This document shows, in pieces, positions 29,208 through 38,444 of a stretch of 64,000 nucleotides of DNA; position 1 is the stretch's first letter, and each line of letters starts with the position of its first letter. The translations under genes and the position numbers were made by a program. The notes beneath the pieces were generated by a model that was not told the DNA's origin, did no database searches, and saw nothing but the letters and a program-made list of their open reading frames with translations. The stretch comes from an uncultured Gemmatimonadales bacterium (GTDB lineage: Bacteria > Gemmatimonadota > Gemmatimonadetes > Longimicrobiales > RSA9), in NCBI GenBank assembly GCA_963816355.1, contig CAWFKH010000003.1:896001-960000 (forward strand). Reading direction: 5' to 3'.

Positions 29208-29227
29208 TATTGACCAAACGTTCAATA
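29208..29227. promoter_or_regulatory. Palindromic TetR/BetI-type operator overlapping a TTGACC -35
   Basis: TATTGA-CCAAACGT-TCAATA. Confidence 0.6.
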
Positions 29228-29323
29228 CGTGCGATGCTTCATGTGCCGAGCGGTCGAAAATACGCGCAGATGAGGGTGGCCTCCCCGCGCGGGCCCCGCG
29301 GATCCCCGGACCCTGGAGGTTCC

Positions 29324-29812
29324 ATGTACGCGTATCGATCTCTCGCGGTTGGCGCCGTCGCGGTGGCGACGCTGGCTGGCTGTTTTCCCTTCGGCCGATC
29401 ACAGGCCGTGGAGGTCAGCTCGTCGGACGTGAATCTGAACACGCGGTGGCACGGCACGCTGGCGAGTCCGTCCAACCTGGCGGGGGTGGTGCAGATGAGC
29501 GGGACGGCGACCATGGTGCCGGGCGAGGATGCCCGGACGACCCGGGTGTCGATCGAGCTCGCGAACGCGTCGCCGGGCGGCGTGCACCCATGGGGCCTGC
29601 ATCGGGGCCAGTGTGATTACGACGAGGGGCTGGTGGGCGAGCGCTCATCCTACCGGGACATCACGGTAGGCGGCGACGGAACGGCCGGCTCGACGGCGAA
29701 CGTGGCGATTCAGACGCCGACGTCCGGCAGGTACGCGGTGCGCGTGACGGCATCGCCCGCGAACGCGGACATGATCATCGCCTGTGCCAACCTGGCTCCG
29801 CCGTCGATGTAG
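29324..29812 (+). CDS. Lipoprotein, possibly Cu/Zn-SOD-like fold
   Basis: Lipobox LAGC; HPWGLHRGQC and C-terminal IACANL; RBS GGAGG. Confidence 0.8.
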   Translation: MYAYRSLAVGAVAVATLAGCFPFGRSQAVEVSSSDVNLNTRWHGTLASPSNLAGVVQMSGTATMVPGEDARTTRVSIELANASPGGVHPWGLHRGQCDYDEGLVGERSSYRDITVGGDGTAGSTANVAIQTPTSGRYAVRVTASPANADMIIACANLAPPSM

Positions 29813-29917
29813 AACGGCGCCCTCTCCATGGAGGCGCCCGGCCCTCGATCGAGGGCCGGGCGCTTTGCCATCGGGCCCCCGGACCGCGCGTTGCAGGACG
29901 GCGACTGCGCCCCGCTC

Positions 29918-29958
29918 TTGACCTGCGTTTCGTCACGCAATAACTTTCGTTGCGCAAC
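29918..29958 (+). promoter_or_regulatory. Promoter and operators of the toxin-antitoxin operon
   Basis: TTGACC-17 nt-TAACTT; palindromes TGCGT-N6-ACGCA (29924-29939) and GTTGCGCAAC (29949-29958). Confidence 0.6.
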
Positions 29959-29982
29959 AAACCTCATTGCGGAGGCAGGCGC

Positions 29983-30339
29983 ATGGCCACGGTCGTCGAG
30001 GAACACGCCACCGAGCGCACGGTCATGATGCTCGACCGGCTGCGCGAGATCTTCGGCTCGGACGCGGAGGTCGCGCGACGGACGGGCGTATCGCCGTCGC
30101 AGCTGTCGCGCTGGCGGCGCGGGCAGGAGCCGTCCAACGCGGCGTGGGATCGGCTGGTCGACCTGTTCGCGGTCGTGGAGAAGCTCGAGGGGTTTTACGC
30201 GCCGCGGCGGATCCGAGCGTGGCTGGAGGGCGCGAACGCGCACCTGGGCGACCGCTCGCCGCTCTACGTCATCCGCCACGGCGACACCGGGGCGGTGATC
30301 TCGGTGATCCAGGCGACGAAGGCCGGCGCATTCGCCTGA
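29983..30339 (+). CDS. Xre/MbcA/ParS-type antitoxin
   Basis: HTH (AEVARRTGVSPSQLSRW) plus WLEGANAHLGDRSPL toxin-binding domain. Confidence 0.88.
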   Translation: MATVVEEHATERTVMMLDRLREIFGSDAEVARRTGVSPSQLSRWRRGQEPSNAAWDRLVDLFAVVEKLEGFYAPRRIRAWLEGANAHLGDRSPLYVIRHGDTGAVISVIQATKAGAFA

Positions 30340-30402
30340 CGCGCGGGCCGCGAGCGGTGGCTCGCGACGTCCCAGCCCAGGCTCACGGCTCCCGAACCCT
30401 CC

Positions 30403-30960
30403 ATGCGACTCTGGCGCGTCTTCCCCTGGGATGCCGCCGCGAAACCCGGCGCGGCGTTCTCCCCGTCCCACCTCCCGCCGCAGTCGGGCCACGGCCGTTT
30501 CGATCTGCCGCGCCGTGCCGCCGTTTCGACGTGGTATTTCGCCGAGTCGCCCGAGCACGCGATCGGCGAGCGAATCCAGGACCTGCGCAACGGCGTGCTC
30601 TTCGACGAGGCGCTCTTCGAGCGTGGACGTCGGCTGGCGGTCGTCGCCGCCGAGTACGCGGGCGCTGCCCCGCCGGATCTGTGCGACGCCGACGAGCTGG
30701 CGCGTCGCGGCGTCGCCCCCGACCGGCTGGCGTATCGTGACCGCAACGTCACGCGCGCCATCGCGTCCGCGCTGCACGACGATGCCGCCATACCGGGGCT
30801 GCGTTGGTGGTCGGCGTTCTTCGGCGAGTGGCACACGGTCGCGCTGTTCAGCGATCGGCTGGAGGAGGGCGACCTCGATTTCGGCGACCCGGAAGCGCTC
30901 GATCTCGACTCGGTCGCGGTGCGGGCTGCGGCGCGCGCCCTGGGGATCGAAATCGAGTGA
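30403..30960 (+). CDS. RES-family toxin
   Basis: GRFDL, WYFAESPEHAIGE, GLRWWS, VALF. Confidence 0.9.
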   Translation: MRLWRVFPWDAAAKPGAAFSPSHLPPQSGHGRFDLPRRAAVSTWYFAESPEHAIGERIQDLRNGVLFDEALFERGRRLAVVAAEYAGAAPPDLCDADELARRGVAPDRLAYRDRNVTRAIASALHDDAAIPGLRWWSAFFGEWHTVALFSDRLEEGDLDFGDPEALDLDSVAVRAAARALGIEIE

Positions 30961-31036
30961 GCGGCGTGACGGCAAAGCGTGGATAGGCCGCCAAGATGGA
31001 GGACGAGCGATACGATCCGATGATTCAGGAGAGCCT

Positions 31037-31675
31037 GTGCACAGAAAAGGGTTCATCGCCATTGGCGCAGTGCTCGGGATCGCCATGGTCTGGTTCGTCG
31101 TGCGTTATGCCGTATATCCTGCGTTCACGCGCACGAGCGTCGAGCTGCCGGCATCTTGCGACACGTTCGCGGAAGGAGTTCATCCGCCAGCACATCTCGC
31201 CTACGATCTCTCGCGTGTCGGTACGACCATCCGCATTGCCGAAGACGACGAGAACCTGCTGGTCGCGAAGATCGACTTCGGCCGAGCACCGTATCCGAGC
31301 ACGGCGTATCTCGTACGCAAGCGCGATGGGCATGCCCTGTGGAGCATGCAGTTTCAGGACGATCTGATAAGTGCGGCATTTGCAGACGGCGTGCTGATCA
31401 TCTACAACGACAAACTCGGCTACTGGATAGATGAGCGTACGGGGCTGCCGGTGCGAAATTTCTTTACGATCGATAATTACGGCGGCCTTTCAGCAAGTGA
31501 TCGGCCCGTGCTTGTGGAGAGCGGTGTGAACAGACGTCGGCATCAGGAAACGAGCGCCGTCGTCACGATGATCAAAAGGAACGGTGCGGTTCGTTCATAC
31601 CACGTAATATTCAACAGTGTCGCCAACGGGTGTTTCGTCGAAGGCCTTTCACCCGAGGGTGTAAGCCCCCTGTGA
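31037..31675 (+). CDS. Hypothetical membrane-anchored protein on a lower-GC segment
   Basis: GTG start behind AGGAG; N-terminal TM helix; beta-rich body. Confidence 0.7.
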   Translation: MHRKGFIAIGAVLGIAMVWFVVRYAVYPAFTRTSVELPASCDTFAEGVHPPAHLAYDLSRVGTTIRIAEDDENLLVAKIDFGRAPYPSTAYLVRKRDGHALWSMQFQDDLISAAFADGVLIIYNDKLGYWIDERTGLPVRNFFTIDNYGGLSASDRPVLVESGVNRRRHQETSAVVTMIKRNGAVRSYHVIFNSVANGCFVEGLSPEGVSPL

Positions 31676-31690
31676 GCGTGAGGCGGTCGC

Positions 31691-31771
31691 GCGCGTCGAC
31701 AGCGCCAGTCGAAGTCGCGCAGGATCATCTGCACGCTGCAGGAGGCCGCCTCGGCCCGACGCGGTCACCGG
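31691..31771 (-). pseudogene. pepT: Ghost of a second pepT allele (two fused pieces)
   Basis: 31708-31749 matches 33656-33697 at 40/42 and similarity continues to 31771/33718; 31694-31708 matches 33326-33340 at 14/15. Confidence 0.85.
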
Positions 31772-31823
31772 CGTGTCGACGCGTGAGCGGCGGATCCGCC
31801 GAACGGGACGGGAGGCCCGCCGC

Positions 31824-33200
31824 TCAGGCTCCGGAAGCGGTGACGCCGACCGCGGCATCGGCGGGGATCGTTACCGGCGCGACACGCCGAACCGAGGCGT
31901 GGCGGCTCAGCGCGACCAGCATGACCGCGGCAGCCAGTGCCAGTGCCGCGATCGCGATGAATGCCTCGCCCGTGCCGCCGGTCGCGTCCTTGAGAAACCC
32001 CACCAGGTACGGACCCGTGAACCCGCCGACGTTGCCGACCGAGTTGATCACCGCGATTCCCGCGGCGGCGGCCCCTTCCCGCAAAAATCGCGTCGGCAGG
32101 CACCAGAAGGGAGGGAGGAAGGCGGTCCCGCCGATGGCGACCAGCGAGAGTGCCGCGACCCGGGCGATCGCCGTCGGGAGGAGCGCGGCCCCGACGAAGC
32201 CGACGGTGCACAACGCCGCGCTCAGGGCGACGTACAGAACGCGCTCGCCGCTGCGGTCCGATGCGGCCGCCACCACGACCATGCCGATGGCTCCGATCGC
32301 CGCCAGCGCGCCGACGATGAAACCGGTTGCGAGGTCGGTCGTGTGCATCGTGTCCCGGATGAAGGTCGGCATCCAGAACGTGTAGGCGTAGCCTGTCATG
32401 ACGATGAGGAAATAGGGGATCGCAAGCAGCCAGACGAGAGGGTTCGTGAGCGCGTGGAGCGGGTGCACGTTGCCGGCGGTCGGGTGCGCGTCCTGCTCGC
32501 GCCGAAGCGCCGCGACCAGCCACGCGCGCTGATCGTCGGTGAGCCAGCGGGCCTGATCAGGCCGGTCGGTCAGCCGGACGAGAGTGGCCAGCCCGAGAAG
32601 CACCGCGGGGAGTCCCTCCAGCAGGAACAACCACTGCCAGCCGTGCAGCCCCCAATGTCCATCGAGCCCGAGCAGCCAGCCACTCAGCGGCCCACCCACC
32701 ACGGAAGAGACCGGGATGCCGAGCATGAACAGGGACATCGCCCGCCCGCGTTGCGCGCTCGGAAACCAGTGGCCGAGATAGAAGACGATCCCCGGGAAGA
32801 AGCCGGCTTCCGATGCGCCCAGCGCGAAGCGGAAGGCGTAGAACTGCGTTGGCGTGCGCACGAGCAGCATGCCGGCGGCGATGACGCCCCACACCACCAG
32901 GATCGCGGCGATCCAGCGTCGCGCCCCGATTCGCGTCAGCACCAGATTGGCCGGGACCTGGAAGAGTGTGTAGCCGAGAAAGAAGATGCCGACGCCGAAG
33001 CCGTACGCCGTGGCGCTGAAGCCGAGGTCGCGGTTCATCTGCAGCGCCGCGATGGCGACGTTGGTGCGATCGAGGAAATTGACCAGGTACAGCATGAAGA
33101 CGAACGGGAGCAGCCTTCGACCGGCACGGCGGAGCGTGGCCCGAGCAAGAGCCGCGTCGTGGAGGTCCACGCCAGGCGTGCTGGGCGAACGAGTCGGCAT
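31824..33200 (-). CDS. MFS transporter, anion:cation symporter (ACS) type
   Basis: RLLPF...NFLDRTN, RIGARRW, EAGFFPG, WQWLFLLEGLP, INSVGNVGGF.GPY. Confidence 0.95.
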   Translation of the reverse strand: MPTRSPSTPGVDLHDAALARATLRRAGRRLLPFVFMLYLVNFLDRTNVAIAALQMNRDLGFSATAYGFGVGIFFLGYTLFQVPANLVLTRIGARRWIAAILVVWGVIAAGMLLVRTPTQFYAFRFALGASEAGFFPGIVFYLGHWFPSAQRGRAMSLFMLGIPVSSVVGGPLSGWLLGLDGHWGLHGWQWLFLLEGLPAVLLGLATLVRLTDRPDQARWLTDDQRAWLVAALRREQDAHPTAGNVHPLHALTNPLVWLLAIPYFLIVMTGYAYTFWMPTFIRDTMHTTDLATGFIVGALAAIGAIGMVVVAAASDRSGERVLYVALSAALCTVGFVGAALLPTAIARVAALSLVAIGGTAFLPPFWCLPTRFLREGAAAAGIAVINSVGNVGGFTGPYLVGFLKDATGGTGEAFIAIAALALAAAVMLVALSRHASVRRVAPVTIPADAAVGVTASGA

Positions 33201-33280
33201 GGGGGGCCTCTCGGGGAGGGGACGTCTCGCGCTGCGGGGTCAGGCCAAGATACGCGACATGCCCTATGAGGTCACCCCTG

Positions 33281-34546
33281 TCATTCTTCGTCCCCGAACA
33301 GCTGCACCAGATTCAGGATCGTGCACGTCGACAGCGCGAGCACCCGGGTCGAGATCCATTCCGAGGGTCCGTGGAAGTTCACGCCCCCGGCGAAGACGTT
33401 CGGCGTGGGCATTCCCATCTCGGTGAGGCGTGAGCCGTCCGTGCCGCCGCGGATGGGCTCCATCCTGGGCGCGATCCCGGCGGACCGCACCGCCTGCTCC
33501 AGCTTGCCGGCGACGTCGGGGTAGCGGCTCAACACGTCGTACATGTTCCGGTACTGCTTCGTGATCTCGACCTTCACGTCCAGCGCGGGCTCCTCGGCCA
33601 TGAGGCCGGCGCACATGCGTTCGAGGCGGCGGCCGCGCTCCTCGAGCACGGTGGTGTCGAAGTCACGCAGGATCATGTGCACGCTGCAGGAGGCCGCGTC
33701 GCCGGAAGCGGTCACCGGGTGGTAGAAGCCTTCCCGGCCGTCGGTGGTCTCGGGGGCCTCGCCCATGGGCAGCCGGTCCAGGAGCTTGCCCATCCACGTG
33801 AGCGCGTTGACCATCTTGCCGCGCGCCGTGCCGGGGTGGACGGAGACGCCGGTGAACGTGACCACGGCCTTGTCGGCGGAGAACGTTTCGACGTTGATCT
33901 CCCCCGCGAAGCTGCCGTCGATGGTGAAGGCAATGGGGCAATCGAAGCGCTCCAGAGGGAAGCGGTCGGCACCGCGGCCGATCTCCTCGTCCGGGTTGAA
34001 GCACACGCGCACGGTGGGCCGCCGGACGTCGGGCTGCTGCACCAGGACTTCGAGGGCGCCCATGATGGCGGCGATCCCGGCCTTGTCGTCGGCGCCGAGA
34101 AGCGTGCTCCCGTCGGTGGTGATGATCGTGTCACCGACGCACTCCTTCAGCTCGGGCGTGTCGGCGGGGTCGAGGACGATGCCGTGGCCGACGTCGATCG
34201 TTCCGCCGTCGTAGTCCTCGAACACCTGCGGGCTCACGCCGGCCCCGGTGAACTGCGGCGCCGTGTCCACGTGCGCGCACAGCCCGATGCGGCCGGGGGC
34301 GTTGCCCGGCAGCTCCGCCACCACGTAGCCGTTCTCGTCCATGGCGACGTCGTCTTCGCCGACACCGCGGAGTCCCAGCGCCTTCAGCTCGTCCACCAGC
34401 CGGTTTCCGAGCTCGAGTTGTCTGGCCGTACTCGGGCACGTGTCGCGGGTCTCGTCCGACTGCGTGTCCAGGCGCACGTAGGCCAGAAAGCGCTCCACGA
34501 TGCGCGTCCGGTCCAGGATGATCGAGGGGTCGTCGAAGGCGTGCAT
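33281..34546 (-). CDS. pepT: Peptidase T (M20B tripeptide aminopeptidase)
   Basis: AHVDTA, TLLGADDKAG, PDEEIGRG, HPGTA, PIRGGTDG, NFHGPSEW. Confidence 0.95.
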   Translation of the reverse strand: MHAFDDPSIILDRTRIVERFLAYVRLDTQSDETRDTCPSTARQLELGNRLVDELKALGLRGVGEDDVAMDENGYVVAELPGNAPGRIGLCAHVDTAPQFTGAGVSPQVFEDYDGGTIDVGHGIVLDPADTPELKECVGDTIITTDGSTLLGADDKAGIAAIMGALEVLVQQPDVRRPTVRVCFNPDEEIGRGADRFPLERFDCPIAFTIDGSFAGEINVETFSADKAVVTFTGVSVHPGTARGKMVNALTWMGKLLDRLPMGEAPETTDGREGFYHPVTASGDAASCSVHMILRDFDTTVLEERGRRLERMCAGLMAEEPALDVKVEITKQYRNMYDVLSRYPDVAGKLEQAVRSAGIAPRMEPIRGGTDGSRLTEMGMPTPNVFAGGVNFHGPSEWISTRVLALSTCTILNLVQLFGDEE

Positions 34547-34645
34547 GGCGAACTCCCGGGGAATCAGAGGGTTGGAGAAGGTGGCGCCGCGGACCTCCGC
34601 AGCAGATAATGACGTGCGGATCGCCCACCTTCATTCGAGGAAATC

Positions 34646-36151
34646 ATGACGACAGAGGCGAAGACGCCTTCACGCGCGAAGGGGTTCACGACGCTCTTCC
34701 TCATCGAGCTGTGGGAGAGGTTCGGCTATTACGGCATGACGGCGGTCGTCGTGCTCTTCATGGTGCAGAAGCTCGACTACACCGACGACCGGGCCAGCCT
34801 CACGTTCGGCGCCTTCGCGGCGCTCGCCTACACCGTTCCGGCGGTCGGCGGCTGGATCGGCGACAAGCTGCTGGGGAGCCGCCGCACGATGCTGCTCGGC
34901 GCCATCATCCTGGCGATCGGATACATCGGTCTCGCGGTACCGAACCATCCCGGGCTTCTCTTTCCCGCGCTGGCGCTCGTGGCGGTGGGCGGCGGCGTAT
35001 TCAAGGCGAACCCCGCCAACATGATCTCCAAGCTCTACGAGGGCGACCCCGCCAGGATCGACAGCGCGTTCACGATGTACTACATGGCGGTCAACATCGG
35101 CGCGACCGCGTCGCAGCTGGCGACGCCGCTCATCGCGATCAGGTTCGGCTGGCACGTCGCCTTCGCGGTCAGCGCGGCCGGGCTCGTCGTCGGCATCCTC
35201 AACTACCTGGCGATGAGCCGATACCTCCGCCACGTCGGCTCCGAGCCCGACTTCCACCCGCTCGACGCCAAGCGTTTCATCCTCGTCCTCATCGGCATTG
35301 CCGCCGGCGTGGCTGCCGTGACGTTCATCGTCCAGAACCTCGTCGTCGCACGCGCGAGCGTCGTGGTCGGCTTCCTCACGATGCTCGCGATCTTCTGGAT
35401 CATGATGCAACGCGGGAGCGAGCGCGAGCGCAAGGGGCTGATCGCCGTGTTGATCCTGACGGGGCTGGGCATGCTCTTCTTCATCTTCTACCAGCAGATG
35501 TCGACGTCGCTCACGCTCTTCTCGCTGCGCAACGTCGACCTCGACCTCTTCGGCTATCACGTTCCCGCGGGGCAGGTCCAGGCGCTGAACCCGATCTGGA
35601 TCTTTCTCCTGAGCCCGGGACTCGCCTGGCTCTACACCCGGCTGGGCCGGGGCGAGGGCGGCGACTTCCACATCTCGACGAAGTTCGCGATGGGCTTCGC
35701 TGTGCTGAGCCTGGGCTTCTTCATCTACGGCTTCAGCGGCCGCTTCGCCGACGCGGGCAAGGTCCCGTTCTGGTGCATGGTCACCGGCTACGGATTCCAG
35801 TCGCTGGGCGAGCTGCTCATCAGCGGTCTCGGCCTCGCCGTCGTGGCCCGCTACGTCGGGCCGTCGCTGCGCGGATTCATCATGGGCGTCTGGTTTCTCG
35901 CCACCGGGATCTCGCAGTACCTCGGAAGCTACGTCGCCACCTTCGCGAGCGTGCCGCAGGACGTGACCAACCCCGTGGCCACGCTCCCTCTCTACACCAG
36001 CCTCTTCACGAAGCTGGGCATCGTGGCCGTGATCGGCACCGCCATCGCCGCCGCGCTCATCCCGACCATGAAGAAGCTGTCGGCGGTGAGCGAAGGATCA
36101 TGGGAGGAAAGTGCGGTCGGCGACGCGCTCATCGTGGAGACGACGACCTGA
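34646..36151 (+). CDS. POT/PTR proton-dependent oligopeptide transporter
   Basis: ELWERFGYYGM, FKAN, FTMYYMAVNIG, GELLISGLGL. Confidence 0.95.
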   Translation: MTTEAKTPSRAKGFTTLFLIELWERFGYYGMTAVVVLFMVQKLDYTDDRASLTFGAFAALAYTVPAVGGWIGDKLLGSRRTMLLGAIILAIGYIGLAVPNHPGLLFPALALVAVGGGVFKANPANMISKLYEGDPARIDSAFTMYYMAVNIGATASQLATPLIAIRFGWHVAFAVSAAGLVVGILNYLAMSRYLRHVGSEPDFHPLDAKRFILVLIGIAAGVAAVTFIVQNLVVARASVVVGFLTMLAIFWIMMQRGSERERKGLIAVLILTGLGMLFFIFYQQMSTSLTLFSLRNVDLDLFGYHVPAGQVQALNPIWIFLLSPGLAWLYTRLGRGEGGDFHISTKFAMGFAVLSLGFFIYGFSGRFADAGKVPFWCMVTGYGFQSLGELLISGLGLAVVARYVGPSLRGFIMGVWFLATGISQYLGSYVATFASVPQDVTNPVATLPLYTSLFTKLGIVAVIGTAIAAALIPTMKKLSAVSEGSWEESAVGDALIVETTT

Positions 36152-36154
36152 AGC

Positions 36155-36320
36155 CGGCGCAGGTGCGAAGCTCCTCCCATTGGCTCCTTACCGGCCCGGA
36201 CCCCTCGCCTGGACGAGCGTGGGCGCGTCGTCGGCGTCCTCGCTCGAGGTGAGCACGGAGGGTGGGCCGCGCACGAGGCGGAGCTGGCGCGCGGCCGTGA
36301 GTGGCACGATGGAAAGGTCC
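36155..36320 (-). repeat. Ghost copy of the TonB receptor at 20919-22994 (two pieces in permuted order)
   Basis: 36155-36192 matches 22969-23006 at 37/38 (RBS, ATG, first codons); 36251-36320 matches 22524-22593 at 66/70 (plug domain). Confidence 0.95.
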
Positions 36321-36321
36321 A

Positions 36322-36966
36322 TGGCAGGACCGAGTCGGTTATGAACGCGAGCGCGCCGTACGTGGCGGCGACGGCCATGTAGAACGGCAGCAGGGCGAGG
36401 GTGAAGAAGCTGTGGCTTCCGTGCGCGAGACCGAAGACGACGCCGACGACCAGAATCGCCGCGACCGGCCCGTGGCGGCGCTCGATCGGCCCCTGCATGT
36501 AGCCGCGGAACGCGGTCTCCTCGACGATCCCCGCCACCAGTGCGGCCATGACGAACGAAGCGAGGATCGTCACGCCCGAGGCGCGGCCCAGATTCGGTGC
36601 GGCTTCGTGCGGCAGCACGATGAGTCGCCCGACCAGACGCATCAGGTCGAGCGACGTCGCGATCCCCAGGATCCCGGCGAGGATCGCCATCCCCCATACG
36701 TCGGGCGAGAGCGATCGCGCGCGCATCATCTCGCGCCGCGCCGCGGAGGTCGATGAGGGCCAGCCGCGGCCGGACGCGTACCGCCAGTACAGCCACAGGT
36801 ACGGCGCCATGAGCAGTGCGCCCCACGGCACCGATGGCAGGTGGCGCAGGTTCATGGTGCCGAGCCACGCCCACGGCAGCGTACCGGCGGAGCCGGCGAG
36901 GAGCCCGAGCACGACGGCGCGGATCGCGACGGGGAGACGTCGCCAGAGAGCGAGCACTGCGGACAC
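36322..36966 (-). pseudogene. CPBP/CAAX intramembrane protease, 3'-truncated
   Basis: GIVEETAFRGY and FGLAH are present; the gene breaks at DSVLP, just before the expected HxxxN motif, and runs into the TonB ghost. Confidence 0.8.
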
Positions 36967-37074
36967 CTGGTCGCTCGGAGGAGGGGGGAGTTCGACCCCG
37001 GGACGCAGCGAATGTAGTCGCGGGCGCTCCGCCGGCGCCACGATCCCGTTCGAACGTGGCGGCACCGAATGGGG

Positions 37075-37638
37075 TCACTGCGGGAGGACGTGTTCCCGCT
37101 CGCCCTGCGGTAGCATCAGGTCTTCGAGGAAGTAGGCCGCGAGCTCGGCGCGGCCGGAGAGGCCCGCCTTCTGGTAGACGGCCGCCGCGTGCTGGCGCGC
37201 CGTGCGTTCGCTGCGGTCCGTCGCCCCGGCCACGCGCTTGTGGCTGTACCCCTTCAGCAGCAGCAGCGCGACCTCGCGTTCCGCGGGGGTCAGGCCCCAC
37301 GCGCGGAACTGCGCGTCCACCGCCTCCCCCAGCCCCTCCAGCGCCCGGCGCGCGCTGTCGCGCCACGCGTCGCGCTCCAGGTTCCGCAGCTCGAGGCGAT
37401 GGAGCAGCGCGTCCGCGCGGTGCGCGCTACGCCACCACCCCAGCCAGAGCGTCACGGCCATGACCGTGGCCGCCGCGACCATCAGGGTCTCGAAGACCAC
37501 GTGGAACGACAGCCAGTTCTGCGGACGGTCGAGCACCAGGTCGACCGTGCCGCCGATCAGGACGGACAGGACGGCCACGATCAGGAGCAGCCGCAGCCGG
37601 CGCTCCTCCTCTTCGTGAGTCTCCAGCGGGTCAGTCAT
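37075..37638 (-). CDS. Membrane-anchored LuxR-type HTH regulator
   Basis: Two TM helices; WGLTPAEREVALLLLKGYS...TARQHAAAVYQKAG..GRAEL. Confidence 0.9.
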   Translation of the reverse strand: MTDPLETHEEEERRLRLLLIVAVLSVLIGGTVDLVLDRPQNWLSFHVVFETLMVAAATVMAVTLWLGWWRSAHRADALLHRLELRNLERDAWRDSARRALEGLGEAVDAQFRAWGLTPAEREVALLLLKGYSHKRVAGATDRSERTARQHAAAVYQKAGLSGRAELAAYFLEDLMLPQGEREHVLPQ

Positions 37639-37772
37639 CCGTCGGATACGCTTCGTGGGATCCGGAGCCAGCCGCGTCGTCTGTCGGATACCGGTTCGAG
37701 GCCGCGCGGGCGAACGTCGACATGACTCTCCGGGCGAACGTCCACAGACTCTCGAAGAAGAAGGAGTACCCC

Positions 37773-38357
37773 ATGTCATCCGTTCCGCTCCACCCGATGG
37801 TCGTGCACTTCCCGATGGTGCTGATGATCCTGGTTCCGATTGCCGCGCTGGCCGCGCTCTGGGCGATCCGGCGCGGCGCGACGCCGCGGAAGGCGTGGTC
37901 GATCCCGCTGGCGCTGTGCGCGGCGCTTTCGCTGAGCGCGTTCGTCGCGCTGCGCACGGGTGCGGCGCAGGAGGAGCGCGTCGAGGCGGTGCTCTCCGAG
38001 CAGGTCCTCGCGCAGCACGAGGAGGCGGCCGAGCGGTTCCTGGTCCTCTCCGGCGTGCTGCTGGCCGTCGCGGCCGCGGGTCTCGTCGGCGGCACGATCG
38101 GCACGGCGGCGCGGATCGTGGCGACGATCGGCGCGATCGGCCTGGTCGGCGCGGGCGTCCAGGTGGGCAAGGCCGGTGGCGAGCTCGTCTACGTGCACGG
38201 CGCCGCGAACGCCTACGTGAACCCCGCCGCCGCGGCCTCGGCCGCCGGGATCGAAGGCGCGGCCGAGCGGCGAGGACCGCTGACGTCGCACGCTCGAACG
38301 GCAGACGCGAGAGGACGCGATTGCTCGACGCCGGACAGACGCGTGCCCCGGCCTTGA
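37773..38357 (+). CDS. DUF2231-like membrane protein
   Basis: LHPMVVHFP, HEEAA, GGELVYVHGA; RBS AAGGAG. Confidence 0.85.
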   Translation: MSSVPLHPMVVHFPMVLMILVPIAALAALWAIRRGATPRKAWSIPLALCAALSLSAFVALRTGAAQEERVEAVLSEQVLAQHEEAAERFLVLSGVLLAVAAAGLVGGTIGTAARIVATIGAIGLVGAGVQVGKAGGELVYVHGAANAYVNPAAAASAAGIEGAAERRGPLTSHARTADARGRDCSTPDRRVPRP

Positions 38358-38384
38358 CCCTCACGCAGCGTGAGCGTGTAGCTT
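38354..38384 (+). promoter_or_regulatory. MerR/TipA-type promoter
   Basis: TTGACC-19 nt-TAGCTT with the dyad CTCACG-CAG-CGTGAG in the spacer. Confidence 0.7.
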
Positions 38385-38444
38385 CCCTCTCGTTCGGGCT
38401 GGATCCAGGGGACGGAGACCGCTGAGTAGGAGGGAGCGGAAATC

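Noticed and set aside
36155..36192. 38-nt repeat as an attL/attR pair bounding a 13-kb integrated element
   Set aside because: It is the RBS and first codons of the TonB gene and is accompanied by a second internal piece, so it fits a gene ghost better; no recombinase lies between the copies.
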